Origin: Alloascoidea hylecoeti
Taxonomy: Eukaryota
Length of the DNA: 62,216 nt
Direction: 5' to 3'
NCBI GenBank assembly: GCA_001600815.1
Contig: BCKZ01000043.1
Span: forward strand, 16,377 to 78,592
This document shows positions 25,076 to 39,060 of the stretch, in pieces (the first letter of the stretch is position 1; each line of letters opens with the position of its first letter). The translations under genes were made by a program, and so were the position numbers. The notes below the pieces were generated by a model. The model ran no database searches. It was given only the letters and a program-made list of their open reading frames with translations, and was not told the origin of the DNA.

Positions 25076-27292
25076 CAACTACATAAAGAGTAGATATTCC
25101 CTTTTAATAAAACTTATAAGATATCAGCTAATAACTGGTTAACGTTAATTAAAAAATTGGTGATGTCGAAATATATTTAAAAAATTGAAATCTATTATTT
25201 GTGTTTGATTATTATTTGCCTTTTATAATTTTACAGTAATTACAACAGCGCCTAGTGAAAAATTAGATCAAGGACCCGTATATTAGTAACTGAATACGGT
25301 TCTTCTGTCACACTTTTCAAACTTTCTACCGTCTCACTCGATTTAATTCTTTTATATCCGTCGTTCTTAAAAACATTCGTCTTCAAGCTATATTTGTTCA
25401 TTATCATCGCGTTTCCTATTGTTGTTTGTTTATATATCTCTTAGACACGGGGATCAACTTATGTTAGGAAATGCATGAAACAAATGGTGTATTAATAAGG
25501 ATATTTGTGCCTATTTACACTATATGGAAATATATTTATAATGTATGAACTATTTATAGCATGTGTAAGAACCAGGTCCAAGGGAATAGGTTAAATATAT
25601 CATGAGTTAATGAGACATCACTGTCACATCAGTATATGATTTACGACAACTTACTATCAAGGGTAACTGTTGCATTTAGCAGCCCCACGGACCCTTATCT
25701 CATATACCGGTATATTTATACTAATTTTATAGGTACCTCCGTGGTGGCAGTTGCTTTATTAAGTAGATAATTTATTAAAAACTAAGGAAATATATAGGTT
25801 TAAATACTCTAAAACACTTTCATTAAAATTTAGGCCTTCAACTCGTCAGACTTTATCTCTATCCGATTTAAATCAACCCAATTCTTTTTAGTCAGCCAAT
25901 TCTTACCTACTATTAGGAGTAGAAACCTGTAAATGTATAATACATTGTATATCCTCCTCATTAATAAATAGATCTGTTAATCGTGGGACTTGGTTATTTA
26001 GGATATTATTATCTAGTGGAGTTGATTGATGGCAACATCCCAGGATCAGCTGGATTATAAACGTTATTCAACATCTATAGCAGCATAACTAGATATAGTG
26101 AGTAATTATATTCAAATACAGTTTAAAAAATTAAAAGAATTAAAAAAATTAGAAAAATAAGATTTGATAATGTTTATTTGTGATTGGAAAATCTTAAATA
26201 TATATATATATATATATATATGTGTCTTTTATATAAAACTTATAAGTTTATATACGTTTTGCTTTAATGTTTAGTATTGATTTGTGACCACAAAAATTAA
26301 AAAAAAAAATTGTAGCACTGTCGTTGTCATTCACAGCGGGGTACAGGGTGAAACCTGTCTAAATGAAGTATTGGACTCAACATGACTTCTCAGTTCTTAC
26401 CATTGTGTCGTGTTATTTTGGGAACCCGGGTGAAATATATCCAAAGGTATATATTTAGAAAAGTACACAAGAAATACAAATTATTAAGTTATGGTCTTTA
26501 CGTTTGAAATCTTTAATCTGTAACAAGTTGTCATTGAAGCGAAGGATTCTAAGAATTGTGGTCTGACTGACTTTTAAGAGATTCTTTATTTTTGATTAAG
26601 TTATTGATTTTTGTGTTTTCGCTATCCCTGACATTCTTAGTTGAGTTTGTATTTTTGTTTTAATATTTTTATTGCTTGCTCACAAAACCTCATAAAATCT
26701 CATTGTTATACGACAATGTATCTTACTATCCTTACTTTTTTGTATTTTGACATTAAATCTTTGAAGTTTTTTTTTGAATTTTACTATTGTTGGTGGTAGT
26801 TGTAGTGAAAAAAAACTATACGTACGTTTTACGTTTTGGACTGTTTGCAAACAATGGGTCTGCTCTTATATATATTGCATAATAAGGACTATGATAATTG
26901 GAATTTGCAATATGTATAAACAGGTGAAAATGAATCAATACTACTAATTCAATAGTATAGCATATTAATGATAAACCTCATTTATTTAAAATTAACATAT
27001 TTTTTCATTCCCATGGATATAATATAATATAATATAACATAACATATTTAATATTTTTTATATTAGAAATTAATTATAAAGATGAAAGTTAAAAAATTAG
27101 TTATAATTATTAATATGAAGAAGTTAAGAAAATGAACGAAAAAAAAAAAAAAAAGAGCAAAATTAAAATTAAAGAAGTAAAAAGAATTATATTTGTAGTT
27201 ATATAAACAAAATAATAATAATTGAAAATAATCAATCAAATTAAATTAAGAAAAATAAAAATAAAAATAAAAAATTGGAGTTAACGCTGGAA

Positions 27293-29442
27293 TTAAAGAC
27301 TTCCTTGTGATGATCTATAATAATCATAAATACTATCAATAGTTTGAGATTTTCTGCCATCATTTTCTCTTCTAGTATCAATTTTTAATTTATCATCATC
27401 ATTACTTAGTTTCTTTTCTTTCTCTCTTGAATTAATTACTTTTGGATCTAAACTTGATACACCATCATCATCATCATCATCATCATCAATAATTTTAGAC
27501 CCTGCAGTAATTAGCGAATCCTTTGAATTAACATTTGAAGAAGAAAGTAAATTAACATTTTCTTTACTTGAATCAAATGATGTTTGAATTTTTAATGGGT
27601 TTGATCTGTCAATTGCTTGTGGATCTAATGTTCTTCTTCTATCACTATCAATATCATTATTATTATTATTATTATTATTTTTTAAAGTATCATTTGAATT
27701 TTCTTTTAATTGATTTTCATTAATATTATTAAAAGAAGATTTTGAAATTCTTAATTTTGGTCCTTCATTATTATTACCACTTTTAATACTTGTTTTATCA
27801 ATACTTTGATTTCTATTTAATATTCCTGAATAATGACCTTTATAATTACTTCTTGGTTGTGATGACGGAGTTGAAGGAGATTCATTTAAATCTTCCACAT
27901 TTTTATCATCATTTTCATCATCGATTGGTTTCTTCTTATTAAACGGTGCAATTAAATTACTTGAAGATAAAGGTAATGGATGTAAATCATTAATATCAGT
28001 AGGTGTTATAAAAGCTTGATCTTTTTGTTTTGGTGCAATAACAGTACCACGTCTATTAATATCATCTTGGAATTGTTCATTATTTGGTATATTTGTAATT
28101 GTATTATTTGAACTATTTGATAATTGAGTTAATCTTTTAGTTGATAATGAATTAGTGGATGTTCTTTCCATTTTAGATGATGAAATTGGACTATTATTTG
28201 ATGTATTTGGATTTTCTTTACGCATCGAATTTGTTTTTGAAAGTGATGCAGGGATTGTTTTTATTGATTCATTTCTTTTAATTGAAGGATCAAGTGAATT
28301 TTTTGAATTTTTTGAAGTTGATCTTTTTGGAGTATCATCATCAGAATTTTCAATTCTATCAAGAACATCAGCAAATGATGAATCAATAACAAGACTTTCA
28401 TTACTTGATTGATTTGATATACTTTTTTCATTTGAATTTTCAATTGATGATGATGGTGGTCGTCTTCGTTCAACTGGATTTTTTCTATGTTGAGGAATTG
28501 CAACACTAACATTAATAGATTTTCTATTTTCAGTTTTATTTTGATTTGAATTTGGACTTTGATTATAATTTAAATAACTTACTATATTTTTATTATCATC
28601 ATCATAATTCAAATAACTTACTGAATTTCTATTACTATTATCACTTAAATTAGCTCTTGGTGATTCAGGTTGTTTTTCAATGTTTCTTTTAGAATCAGTA
28701 GGTAATATTACTTGACCTCTAGTTAATTCAGGTTGTTCAACAAAGTTTCTTCTAGAATCAATAGGTGATGATTGGTCATGAATTAAAGAAGTTGAAGAAG
28801 ATGAAATTTCATTATCACTAAAACTTTTATAATTTGAAATACTTTGTTGTAATGGAATCATTCTAGTATTACTTGTATTTAAAATAGGACTTTCACTAAT
28901 ATTTCTTTCATTTGAATCTTCATATGATTCTAAAGTACTTGTTGAATCAGAAAATTCGCTTGCAGTATAATAACCAGTTGTTGTTGTTCCTGAAGTACTT
29001 GAACGATCTAAAGGAGGTGGGAAGAAAATTTCATTTTTAATTGGTGATGATGGTTTTGTTTGTTTTGATCTTGTTGATTGTAAACTAATATTACTAAAAT
29101 TAACTTTACTTTTATTTGGTGATTTTGGAATTGGAATTGAATTTGAATTTGAATTTGAATTTGAATTTGAATTATTTGTAGTAATTATTGGTTTTTGTGG
29201 AGTTTTTAAATTTTTATCTTTACTTTTATTTTTATTTCTTAATGAGAATGGGAAAGAAAATGGAGTTGATTTATTTCCTTTATCATTATCTTTAACATTA
29301 TCATTGTTAATTTTATCATCAATATCCTTCTTTTGATCATTCTTATCATCTTTATTAATTTTTTCATCATCAGATTTATTCACAATTTCTTTTTCCTTCT
29401 CATTTCCATTTCCATTTTTATTCTCATTATCTTTAACTTTAC

Positions 29443-29500
<58 letters not shown>

Positions 29501-30178
29501 TCTTAATTGTGAAAGATTAGCTAAAATTGGAGATGATAATAAACGACTTGATTGTCTTGAACTTGTTGAAATGACACTACCTCTTTTATTATTATTAGTA
29601 TTATTATTAATTAATTTTGAATTTTCATTTTCATTATCATCTTTGTCATCATCATCAATTAATCTTGGGTTGAAAGTACCTAAATCCATTTCATTTTCAT
29701 CATTATGGATATTTAAGTTTTGAGATATTGAAGAAGTTGAATTTAAACTTGGTTCATTTCCATGGAGATTAACACTATCTCTTAAAATATTATTACTTCC
29801 ATTATTACTAACAGGCAAAATAGTTGAATCAATATTTAAATTATTAGGATCATCTTCTTCATTATTAACAATTTGATAACCTCGTGGCGATGCACGTGAC
29901 CGTGGCTGGTTTTGGATCTCATTGTTCAAAGCGGCTAGATTTTTTTCGGGATCAGGGATAATATAGTTTGGAGTTGATTTATTTCTCCATTTTAGAAATA
30001 AGGCTAATAAAGCCAATAAAAAAGGGATTAGCAGTAGTATAAACAATAGATTTAAATCTGGAGATTGAAAAGCATATTTTGAAACTATGGCTTCTTTTGA
30101 AGAAGTTGTGATTGCACCTTGGGCAGTTGATGTTTTCGATACAGCTCTTCTGAGCATTGGCCAGGATTTGGCGATCAT
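27293..30178 (-). CDS. Asn/Ser-rich single-pass membrane protein of unknown function (961 aa)
   Basis: Long ORF; one TM helix (LLFILLLIPFLLALLALFL) followed by KWR; low-complexity tail with poly-Asn. Confidence 0.8.
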
Positions 30179-30346
30179 TGGAAAAAAGGAGAAAAGGCGA
30201 AAAGAAAAGAAGAAAAGAAGAAAAGAGGAAATCGGAATTGGAATTTATTTATGGCTGGTTGTTTGTTGAATTTGACTGTAAATAGCTGATATTATTTGAC
30301 ACCTGCATACTGCGCCTATTTTTATTCCTATTTTTATCTATGTATT

Positions 30347-32929
30347 TTACTTAGAATTCTCCTCTTTCAACTGAGCGAGAGCCATATCAAAAACTTCCAG
30401 TCCCTTATCCAAATTGTTCAGAACTTTCGTGACTTCTCCAATTAATTTATCTTGCGGATAGTAATCCAGCAAAACTGCCAAATCAATATTAGGTATCGGA
30501 GGGAATGATTTGTACGATAACGTGCCATTATTCCCGTTAATCGTACTGCTACTAGATATACTGCCCGGTGTGTTGGCTGGAAAGCCTGCTTGTAGTGATG
30601 AGCCCATCGTTAATCCATGGTGATGTTTCTCATTGCTTATTCCATTGGTAGTTGATGGCAATGTGCTTGGAATATTATTTAGTCCAGTGCTTGATCCAAA
30701 TACAGATCCTGAGATATTATTATTACTACTATTCCCAGGTGTTATTGTTGTTGTTGGTTTTTTCCTTGGTAACACAATTCCTAAACCTCCCGAACTTTCA
30801 CTTTTTTCTGTTAATGGTGTCATTGAAACTGCAACTGTTTGTGATGTCATTATACCAAATTGATTAACTAATTCTTTATCGGCTGTATTATTAATAGAAT
30901 TATTGTTTGATATTGTTGTTGATGATGATGATATTGGAAATTTATTCGTTGGCATATTTAAATGCATTAATGGTGGTTTATTTTTAGATTGTATATTAAT
31001 ATTATTTGACGATGAATTATTATTATTAATATTATTTGTTGTTGGTATTCCTCTTTTTGGTGATGGTGTACGATTTTTATTCCCATTACTATTCCCATTG
31101 ATGGATGTTAATGATACACTTGCACTTGATTGTGTCGGATTCGTTGCTCTTCTTGTCATTATTGGTGCTTGTAATGGACTTTCTGTTAAAATTTCTGAAT
31201 TATTTACATTTAAATTATACGTATTACTTCGTAATCTGTAACGTTCATCATGTGGTTGTTGTAATCCATTTGATGATATACTAGATGGTGATGAAACTTG
31301 AGTTTGTGAAAATGGTTTTTGTGGTTGTAATGGTGGTGGTTGTGGTGATGATAATGATACATTATTACTATGTAAAGGTATTTGAATATTTAATGATTGT
31401 GATGATGTTAATGATGGTTTTGATGAATTTACTGTTAAAATATCAGATCTTGATAATGAATCCATACTTGGAATTTCAATTTCAATAGTTGGTGATGAAG
31501 GTTTTGATCCATTTCGTGAACCACTTGAAATTGACATTATTTCTGATGATGATGGAAATGATGGAATTGGTAGATTTGGTAAATCTAATTGAAATCTATT
31601 ATTTGTTGGTGTATCTAAATTTGTTAATGATGATGATAATTGTTCATCATCTTCTTTTGTTGTTTCAAATAATTGTAATAATGATTTTGGTCCTTCTTTT
31701 GTTGATGTACTATATCCTTTTAATGTAGTTGTATTATTATCATTATTAAAACTATTTTCTTTATTTTCATTACTATTCATTCTTGAATCATTATAATAAT
31801 CACTGGAATTTGTATTTTCAAATGAATCAGTTATCTGATTTGAATTTGGTTCCATTAATTCATCATAATCAATATCATGACTATTTAATGTACCAAAATC
31901 CCAATTTGTACTAACATTATCATTATCATTATTTTCATCAAATTCATCATCTTTATTATTAAAAATTGACATTGAATCTCTACTTCCTTGACGTTCTTTC
32001 CATGAAACATATCTTGAAATTAAATCTTTTAAAATTGATGTTTGTATATTTTTATAATTTTTAATAAATTTTAATTTTAATAATTCTTCTGCTGGTAATC
32101 TTTCATTTGGTTGTTCATCTAAACATAAAGCAACAAATTCTTTTAACATTGATGAATATAAATTACCTTCTAATCTTGAAGGTTGTGTCTTTGTTATCAT
32201 TTGCATTGCTAATATTGCTTCTTTATCACAATGTGGAGGATTACCTGTTGCAACTTCATATATTGTTATACCTAATGACCAAATATCTGCTTTTACATTA
32301 TATGTTTGCCCTTCTAATATAACTTCTGGTGCCATCCAATATGGTGTACCAGCCATTGTTGATCTTTTTGATGAAGAGTTTGTTAATTGAGCAGCAACAC
32401 CAAAATCACATAATTTAACTTTTCCCTCTTTTGTAACCAAAACATTAGCAGCTTTTAAATCTCTATGAATAACACCTTCTTTATGAATAAATTGTAAAGC
32501 AATTAATAATTCTCTTGCAATAACTGAAATATATTTTTCATCAATACGTCCTGGTTTTAATAATGTTCGAATATTACCACCAGCACAATAATCCATTATT
32601 ATCCATAATCTTGAACCATTTAAATATGAACCATAATAATGTGTAATGTTTGGGACTTGTTTTAATTGGGATAAAAATGTTATTTCTTGTTGAACATCTT
32701 TTACTTCATCTTCTTCTGTATCTAAATTTAAAACTTTTATAGCAACAACTTGATTTGTTCGAGTATTAATACTATTTCATCATCATATTAGTATTACTAT
32801 TTGATATATTTATACACACGTATGAAAAACATACCCTTTATAAACAACACCAAATTTCCCCCTTCCAACAACCTCACATCTTTTATAAATCTTATCGATT
32901 GGAGTTATTTCATTTTTCTTAGGACCCAT
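30347..32929 (-). CDS. KIC1: Ste20/GCK-family kinase Kic1; exons 32929-32835, 32771-30347
   Basis: Spliced VVGRGKFGVVYKG..VAIKVLNLDTEEDEVKDVQQEI; HRDLKAAN, DFGVAAQL, TMAGTPYWMAPEV. Confidence 0.93.
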
Positions 32930-33006
32930 TATTACACCAAATATATTAACTTGTTGAAGTAATAATTTTAAGAAATGTTTCTTTTATATTGATTATGAAT
33001 GTTTAT

Positions 33007-33055
33007 ATTGAAGTTTGAAGTTTGAAGTTTGAAGTTTGAAGTTTGAAGTTTGAAG
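33007..33055 (+). repeat. (TTTGAAG)x7 heptamer array in the KIC1-HIS3 promoter
   Basis: Direct reading. Confidence 0.85.
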
Positions 33056-33144
33056 CCTTACTTTGTCTCTTAATTTAAATATGGAAAGTTACCCTACATT
33101 TGCAGCCACGTGGGTTGATCTATCATATTAAACGTATAACAAAC

Positions 33145-33152
33145 TGACTCAT
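33145..33152 (+). promoter_or_regulatory. Gcn4 site TGACTCAT upstream of HIS3; CACGTG E-box at 33107-33112
   Basis: Consensus match about 40 bp upstream of the HIS3 ATG; HIS3 is a classical Gcn4 target. Confidence 0.65.
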
Positions 33153-33187
33153 TTGACATTATTTTTTTCATATATATTCATATAAAA

Positions 33188-33850
33188 ATGGTAAGGACAG
33201 CAACTATTCAAAGAATAACAAATGAAACAAAAATTCAGGTTGTTATTTCTTTAGATGGTGGTCCATTAAAATTAGAAAAATCTCTATTTCCTTCAAATAA
33301 TATAAATAAAGAACATGCTACACAATCAACATCTTCACAATTTTTAAATATTAATTCAGGTATTGGTTTTTTTGATCATATGATTCATGCATTAGCAAAG
33401 CATTCAGGTTGGTCATTAATTTTAGAATGCATTGGTGATATCCATATTGATGATCATCATTCTGTTGAAGATTGTGCAATTGCTTTAGGTTTGGCTTTTA
33501 AAGAAGCTTTAGGATCATTAAAAGGTGTTAAAAGATTTGGTTATGCTTATGCTCCATTAGATGAAGCATTATCAAGATGTGTTATTGATTTATCAAATAG
33601 ACCTTTTGCTGTCGTTGAATTGGGTTTAAAAAGAGAATCAATTGGTAATTTAAGTTGTGAAATGATTCCTCATTTTTTTGAAAGTTTTGCAACTGAAGCA
33701 AGAATTACGCTTCATGTTGATTGTATAAGAGGATTTAATGATCATCATAGAGCTGAGAGTGCTTTTAAAGCAACTGCTTTGGCCATTAAAATGGCAATTG
33801 GATCAAGTGGTACTGATGAAGTACCAAGTACAAAAGGTGTTTTACGGTAA
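33188..33850 (+). CDS. HIS3: Imidazoleglycerol-phosphate dehydratase
   Basis: [44 protein letters not shown]. Confidence 0.98.
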   Translation: MVRTATIQRITNETKIQVVISLDGGPLKLEKSLFPSNNINKEHATQSTSSQFLNINSGIGFFDHMIHALAKHSGWSLILECIGDIHIDDHHSVEDCAIALGLAFKEALGSLKGVKRFGYAYAPLDEALSRCVIDLSNRPFAVVELGLKRESIGNLSCEMIPHFFESFATEARITLHVDCIRGFNDHHRAESAFKATALAIKMAIGSSGTDEVPSTKGVLR

Positions 33851-33927
33851 ATATATAAAAGTTAAAAGAAATTTTTATCTTTATTTATTATTATATACAA
33901 TCAAATAAAAATCTTTCCTGTTAAATA

Positions 33928-35055
33928 TTAACTTAAAATTTTAAGAATTGATTCATAATCAAATGCCCTTTGTGTTTGATTAATTGGTTTTGAAGTAGTT
34001 CCAATTGATTTTTTTAAATTCCTACTTGTATCAGGTTTTGTAATATGTCCAATATTCATTGATACTCCACCATCTCTTCCCATTGATCCAGAATCAACAA
34101 CAATTTTAACTTTTGGTTTTTTACTATTTGAATTTGATGATCTATCAATAAGATTATTTGAACTAACATTTGTTATAAACCCACCAATACCAACTGTATA
34201 TTGTGATGAACCTCCTGATTTTAATATACGACCTTCAATAATATTTTGTCTAATTGATCCATTTGGTGAATTTGTTAATCTACCTCTTAAGGTATAACCT
34301 AAACCACCAGTACCACTAACTTTACATTTTTTATCTTCAGTTCTTGTGATTTTTGAAATATTACTTGATAATTTTTGATTTGCAATATCTTTTGAATTTA
34401 AAATTGATAAAAATTCAATTGCAAAATCTTTTAAAATTGTTGATTTATCTGTAAATATATCAATTTTTTTTTCATTTAAAACCCATTTTCTAAATCTTGG
34501 TGAAATTTTTTTTAATTTTTCAATTTCTTTATTATATTGTTCATTTGATAATGATCTAGGTAATCCTAATACACCTAATAATGAATTTGATAATTCTCGA
34601 TCTTTTGAATAATGCATATCAACTCTTCTTGAATCATCTGTATTTCCAATAAATAAAGGATTTGAAATTTTTGGTAATTGATTATATTGTGATTTTTTTT
34701 GTTGCTTATTTAAATTTTCATTTTCTTTATTATGATTACTTAAATCTCTTCTTAATCCTTCTAATGGAATATTAAGATTTTGAAATTTCTTTAATGCCCA
34801 AAAATTATCAGATTCAATTTCATATGTCATAAATCCATATCGAGTATCTAATTTATCATAACTAATATATTTAGATTTTGCTCTTGATGGTAATGCAACT
34901 TTAAGTCCCCAATCTCGACGTGCTCTATTTGCTGGTGATGTAGTAATAAGTTGACATGTTGGATGCGGAGGTACAGATGATGCTGATGGAAACTCAATAG
35001 GAGGTGGCATCCTCGCTATTCTACTGTCTCGAAACAACTTCCCAAATTGAGACAT
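33928..35055 (-). CDS. MRP51: Mitochondrial small ribosomal subunit protein Mrp51 (bS1m)
   Basis: FGKLFRDSR, RRDWGLKVALP and TGGLGYTLRGRL motifs; Reb1 site at 35143. Confidence 0.85.
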   Translation of the reverse strand: MSQFGKLFRDSRIARMPPPIEFPSASSVPPHPTCQLITTSPANRARRDWGLKVALPSRAKSKYISYDKLDTRYGFMTYEIESDNFWALKKFQNLNIPLEGLRRDLSNHNKENENLNKQQKKSQYNQLPKISNPLFIGNTDDSRRVDMHYSKDRELSNSLLGVLGLPRSLSNEQYNKEIEKLKKISPRFRKWVLNEKKIDIFTDKSTILKDFAIEFLSILNSKDIANQKLSSNISKITRTEDKKCKVSGTGGLGYTLRGRLTNSPNGSIRQNIIEGRILKSGGSSQYTVGIGGFITNVSSNNLIDRSSNSNSKKPKVKIVVDSGSMGRDGGVSMNIGHITKPDTSRNLKKSIGTTSKPINQTQRAFDYESILKILS

Positions 35056-36299
35056 TTTGGAATGCTGAATTTCAAAATGTTAATGTTGGAGTTGTTTTTG
35101 TAGATTTTAACTGGCTGCAATTGGTGGTGAATATTTTCACTGTTACCCGGATTTACTCGATTATGTAATTCCCCTTTAGATTTGGTATTATAACACTAAT
35201 AGTACATATTATAAAGATAAAAATAGTTTCAAAAAATACTATCGTTATATCATTCAATTGCTGTAACTATGTAAATTATTATTCTGATAGCGATATTTTT
35301 CTTCCTTTTCAATTTAGTGAATTGGTGTCTTTTTTCTTCAAGATTATTTGAAAAGATTCAATGTCAGCGCGAATATACAACAATTAGAAATTGTTCCTCA
35401 TATGCTGATGATTAAAAAGTATATTACTCAACCAGTTATAACTTATTATATATTACATTATTTAATGTCAAATATTGTACAAAAGGTATATCATAAATCA
35501 AACAAAAAAGAAAGTAGTAATCTAACACCAAATTTTAACTGAATACTTAATAATAATAATACTTTTTATTTACGCTTAGAAAATCCTTTTAGTCAATTTA
35601 ATCCAGTAGAATTTCATAACCATAATTTATTTGTGTTTACAATGATACTCTGGATGTCTTTACAGGTACATTTGGATATTTAAAAGACTATCGTATAACT
35701 TAAATGCAAGAAATTGAAACGGATAAGAGAGCTTCTGAATATCCAGAGATTATTTCATGCTTGTAACAAAAAGATTGCTCGTCATTGTAGATGAATCTGA
35801 TTACAATATTTCTCGTGAACTTCTGGGAGAATATAGGGCTAATATATTTTTTTGAAAACTGGATCGAAAATTCTCCTGAAGATCAACAAATCGTTGTTAT
35901 ACATATTAAATATTAAACTTATACCGGTATCTATTTTGGAAGTTTAATGTAATGACGTTCTTGAATGTGCATGAAAAGATTTTTTGTATGTAATTAGAAT
36001 ATAGCTATAGATTTACATTAGTTTTAAAGATATATATAAAGCTTTATTTGGATATTACATATTTGTAGGAAAACTTTCCTGTTCGTGATCATAAAATAAA
36101 ATCATAATTTAAAATCAAATTAATGAAATTTAATTGTTATAGGAATGAAAGAAAGGACAGCTCAGTTAAATATCACCCAAGAAAGCGTGAATGTATAATT
36201 AACCAATTGCAAAATTATCATCATAATTTCAATGAAGAAGAAAGAAGGATTTAAAAAAAGGTTCCACTTATATACTTTATATTAACTATCTGTATTAAC

Positions 36300-37455
36300 C
36301 AATATAGCGATATGTAAAAGAAAGAAAATAAATTTGCAAAATATGGTTTTTATAGGATTATGAATATATCTTGGTGTCTATACTGTAAATGCCCAAAGCA
36401 TCACTATGTTTGTTTATGGTCCAAATACACAGTAACAAATATATTATTAGCTAATACGTACTGTATGTCAATGGGTACACTTACTACACTGTCAATTATT
36501 ATTGAAATTGGGACATATTGATATGATTTGGTGTGATCCAAATTGTTGAACAATATGGATGAATGATACATATTAATATTGAAACACTTTTAAATTTGTA
36601 GGTTAAAATGATTAAGAAAATATTGGCTAAGTATTCCTGATCTATTTTGGAAGTTCAATTTTTTCATTATATATTTATAAATTATTTTAAATATAATCTT
36701 CTGATCTCCAATTGATAAATTTAGTGGTTGTGTCACAGAACTGGTGTTATCACAATACAAATTTACTTTTGCTTGATCAGGTCGAACGAATTTATGATTG
36801 GAATATCTTTTAACACATCTTGAGGTGTTATTGATTCACTTTCGTTTGAATTAAAAGACAATGAAGGTTGAATCTTGTAGTTATAATTGATAATCTTATG
36901 AATAATTCAAGTAATATAATATTAATACATCTACATATTTGTAAAGGATCAGATCCATACAGCACCGTCTCACATAATATCACTATGGATTGTGATCCCA
37001 TGGTTACAAATGATCTCTTTATTATATGCGGTTGAAGAAACATAACATGTTGTAATTGTAGAATTTGGAAGAGCAGAATATCCGAATGTATTTTGCCCCT
37101 TTATTTATTTAAAATAGAATACCTGGTTAATATTTTGACACAACTTTTTAAATTTTAAATAATATTCTCCAAAATATTCAATTAAAAATGATTTATAAAT
37201 AACCTTATAAGGTATAAAGTTTTTATATTGTCAGATTTTTGAAAGTATTAATAAGAAATTTGTCGACAATATTTTCATTAATATTTGATAATTTGATAAT
37301 AGTGTTAGTGTTACCGACCGATTTAATATTAATACTTCCAAAAATCTAAAAACTTCACATATTCTTCATTCATTTTTAATTAGGATTGGATCTTGTTTCT
37401 CCAACATTTTTTGAAAATTTTCAATGTCATATTCGGAACTGAATACCTCTTTTGT
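36300..37455 (-). repeat. Dispersed repeat family B, copy 2 (longest; possibly a retroelement RT relic)
   Basis: Reverse complement aligns with copies 1 and 3. Confidence 0.85.
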
Positions 37456-37458
37456 GTC

Positions 37459-37688
37459 TGGTGACATCATTAAACAATAGCTATTATCTGTATATAATTA
37501 TATATATATATATCTATTATATAATAACAAGTAGAAATAGCTGACTATATAGTAAATATCAAACATCGAGCCTCATTTCATAAACTGATCACGACAAAAA
37601 CAAGCCTTAATCCTTTATATCTAACACCTTATTTTATAATCATTTTATAAGGTAACCCTTCAATTTCATATATGTCCAGTCGTCAACA
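37459..37688 (-). mobile_element. Solo LTR-like element (230 bp)
   Basis: Termini TGTTGAC...GTCACCA (near-perfect inverted, TG..CA); similar to 8995-9185; no clear TSD. Confidence 0.6.
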
Positions 37689-38069
37689 GAACATGATGCG
37701 TGTTGGTATGCTATTTCATATGCTTTTTTATAATGTCTCATTTTTGTTCCTTCTCCTCCTTGAGCTTCACAAACTCTTGCATAGTTTCATTTAATTGTTT
37801 AATATAAAGTTCTAAGCTCATTTTTGTGTAAGCGATTTTAAAGCGTTATAGGAAAATTATTAATCTATTCTCAGTTATCTCCTTATAAGTGGAAATCATC
37901 TACTCTACATATATGTAGTTTATTTTACCCCTCAAAAATAATGTAGATCTTCTAAACCAGCCATGATGTTTCAAGCTGGTAAACCCAATACTCATCACGA
38001 GGACAGAAGCGCCGCTACCATTAGGGATAGCTAATCGTTCCTAATATATTTTTAAGTAGTTGGAATCAT

Positions 38070-38500
38070 TGAAATAATAATTATGATGAATGATACAAAA
38101 ATTCTTAAGTTATTTGGTTTTAACTTTTTAATTGGATATTTAATGAAGTCCTAAATTCTGAGAAATGGTATAACAAACTTTTATGTTGAGTTTTACCTTC
38201 TTTATGAAGTAGACTTCTTAAATATAAATAAAGAAAGCTTGAATTTTATCAATCTGAATTTTATTTCCACTAACTTCACATTCTTACTATGACGACGAAC
38301 GATGATTATCAACAAATATTGAATTTCTTTATCTCATTCATTTAAATTGGAATGTATATACATGAAAATGAAGCTAATGTTCTAATAATTAATAATTCTA
38401 GAAATTAACAGATATAAATGGTAAGGATACTTAAACTAAGACGAGATTAACAATATTTATTGAAAAGAATCGTTACATATCCCTTTTGGGTTAAATAACC
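38070..38500 (+). repeat. Dispersed repeat family C copy
   Basis: ttctgagaaatggtataacaaacttt..gttgagttttaccttctttatgaa..ttgaattttatcaatctgaat shared with 43960, 46520, 52040 and 54430. Confidence 0.85.
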
Positions 38501-38859
38501 TCGAATCCTAAATATAATTATGCCTCTATTCAAGTTTTGTTCAAAGAGGTTTTTATTGCATCATAGCATTACATTCAAAACTACTTATTCATTATAAGAT
38601 CATTGATGACTATATATCCACAAATCTGATTATCTAACTTCTTCAATATTTTGCTCTTTTTCAATATTGCAATTGAGTTATAAATCAAATATTAAAGTTG
38701 CCTTTCCCAGACCAAACATATCAAATACAAACCGGATTGAATTTCTATATACTTGAACTTAAACTCTATCGTTAAAACTTAAAAGTACTCTTGGATGAAA
38801 CCCCAAATATAACAAATAAGTAGATGGATACATATAAGGCTTTATATGGTATATATACA

Positions 38860-39060
38860 AGTATATTCTTCACAAATAAGATATCTTATTTTTTTACTAA
38901 TACTTGTAGGACACATTATAATTCTTCCCCAATGAATCCCCATATGTGCTTTCTTTTCAATACTTTCAATTCTAAATTTATTAATTGCCGATGACATTGA
39001 TTTTTTCATTACTCTTACAATTGTTAAAGTGTCTCGTCTTAGCTTATCTCTAATTAGGGT
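38860..39060 (-). pseudogene. Decayed copy of RAD9/DDC1 exon 1 and proximal promoter
   Basis: Aligns with 53885-54080 (atattcttcaca, aatacttgta, gatgacatt, cgtctta, aattagg). Confidence 0.75.

Noticed and set aside
26300..26600. Possible snoRNA (gtca..ctga.tgac stem; ACA before a T run on the minus strand)
   Set aside because: No proper C box or recognisable guide; needs an Rfam scan
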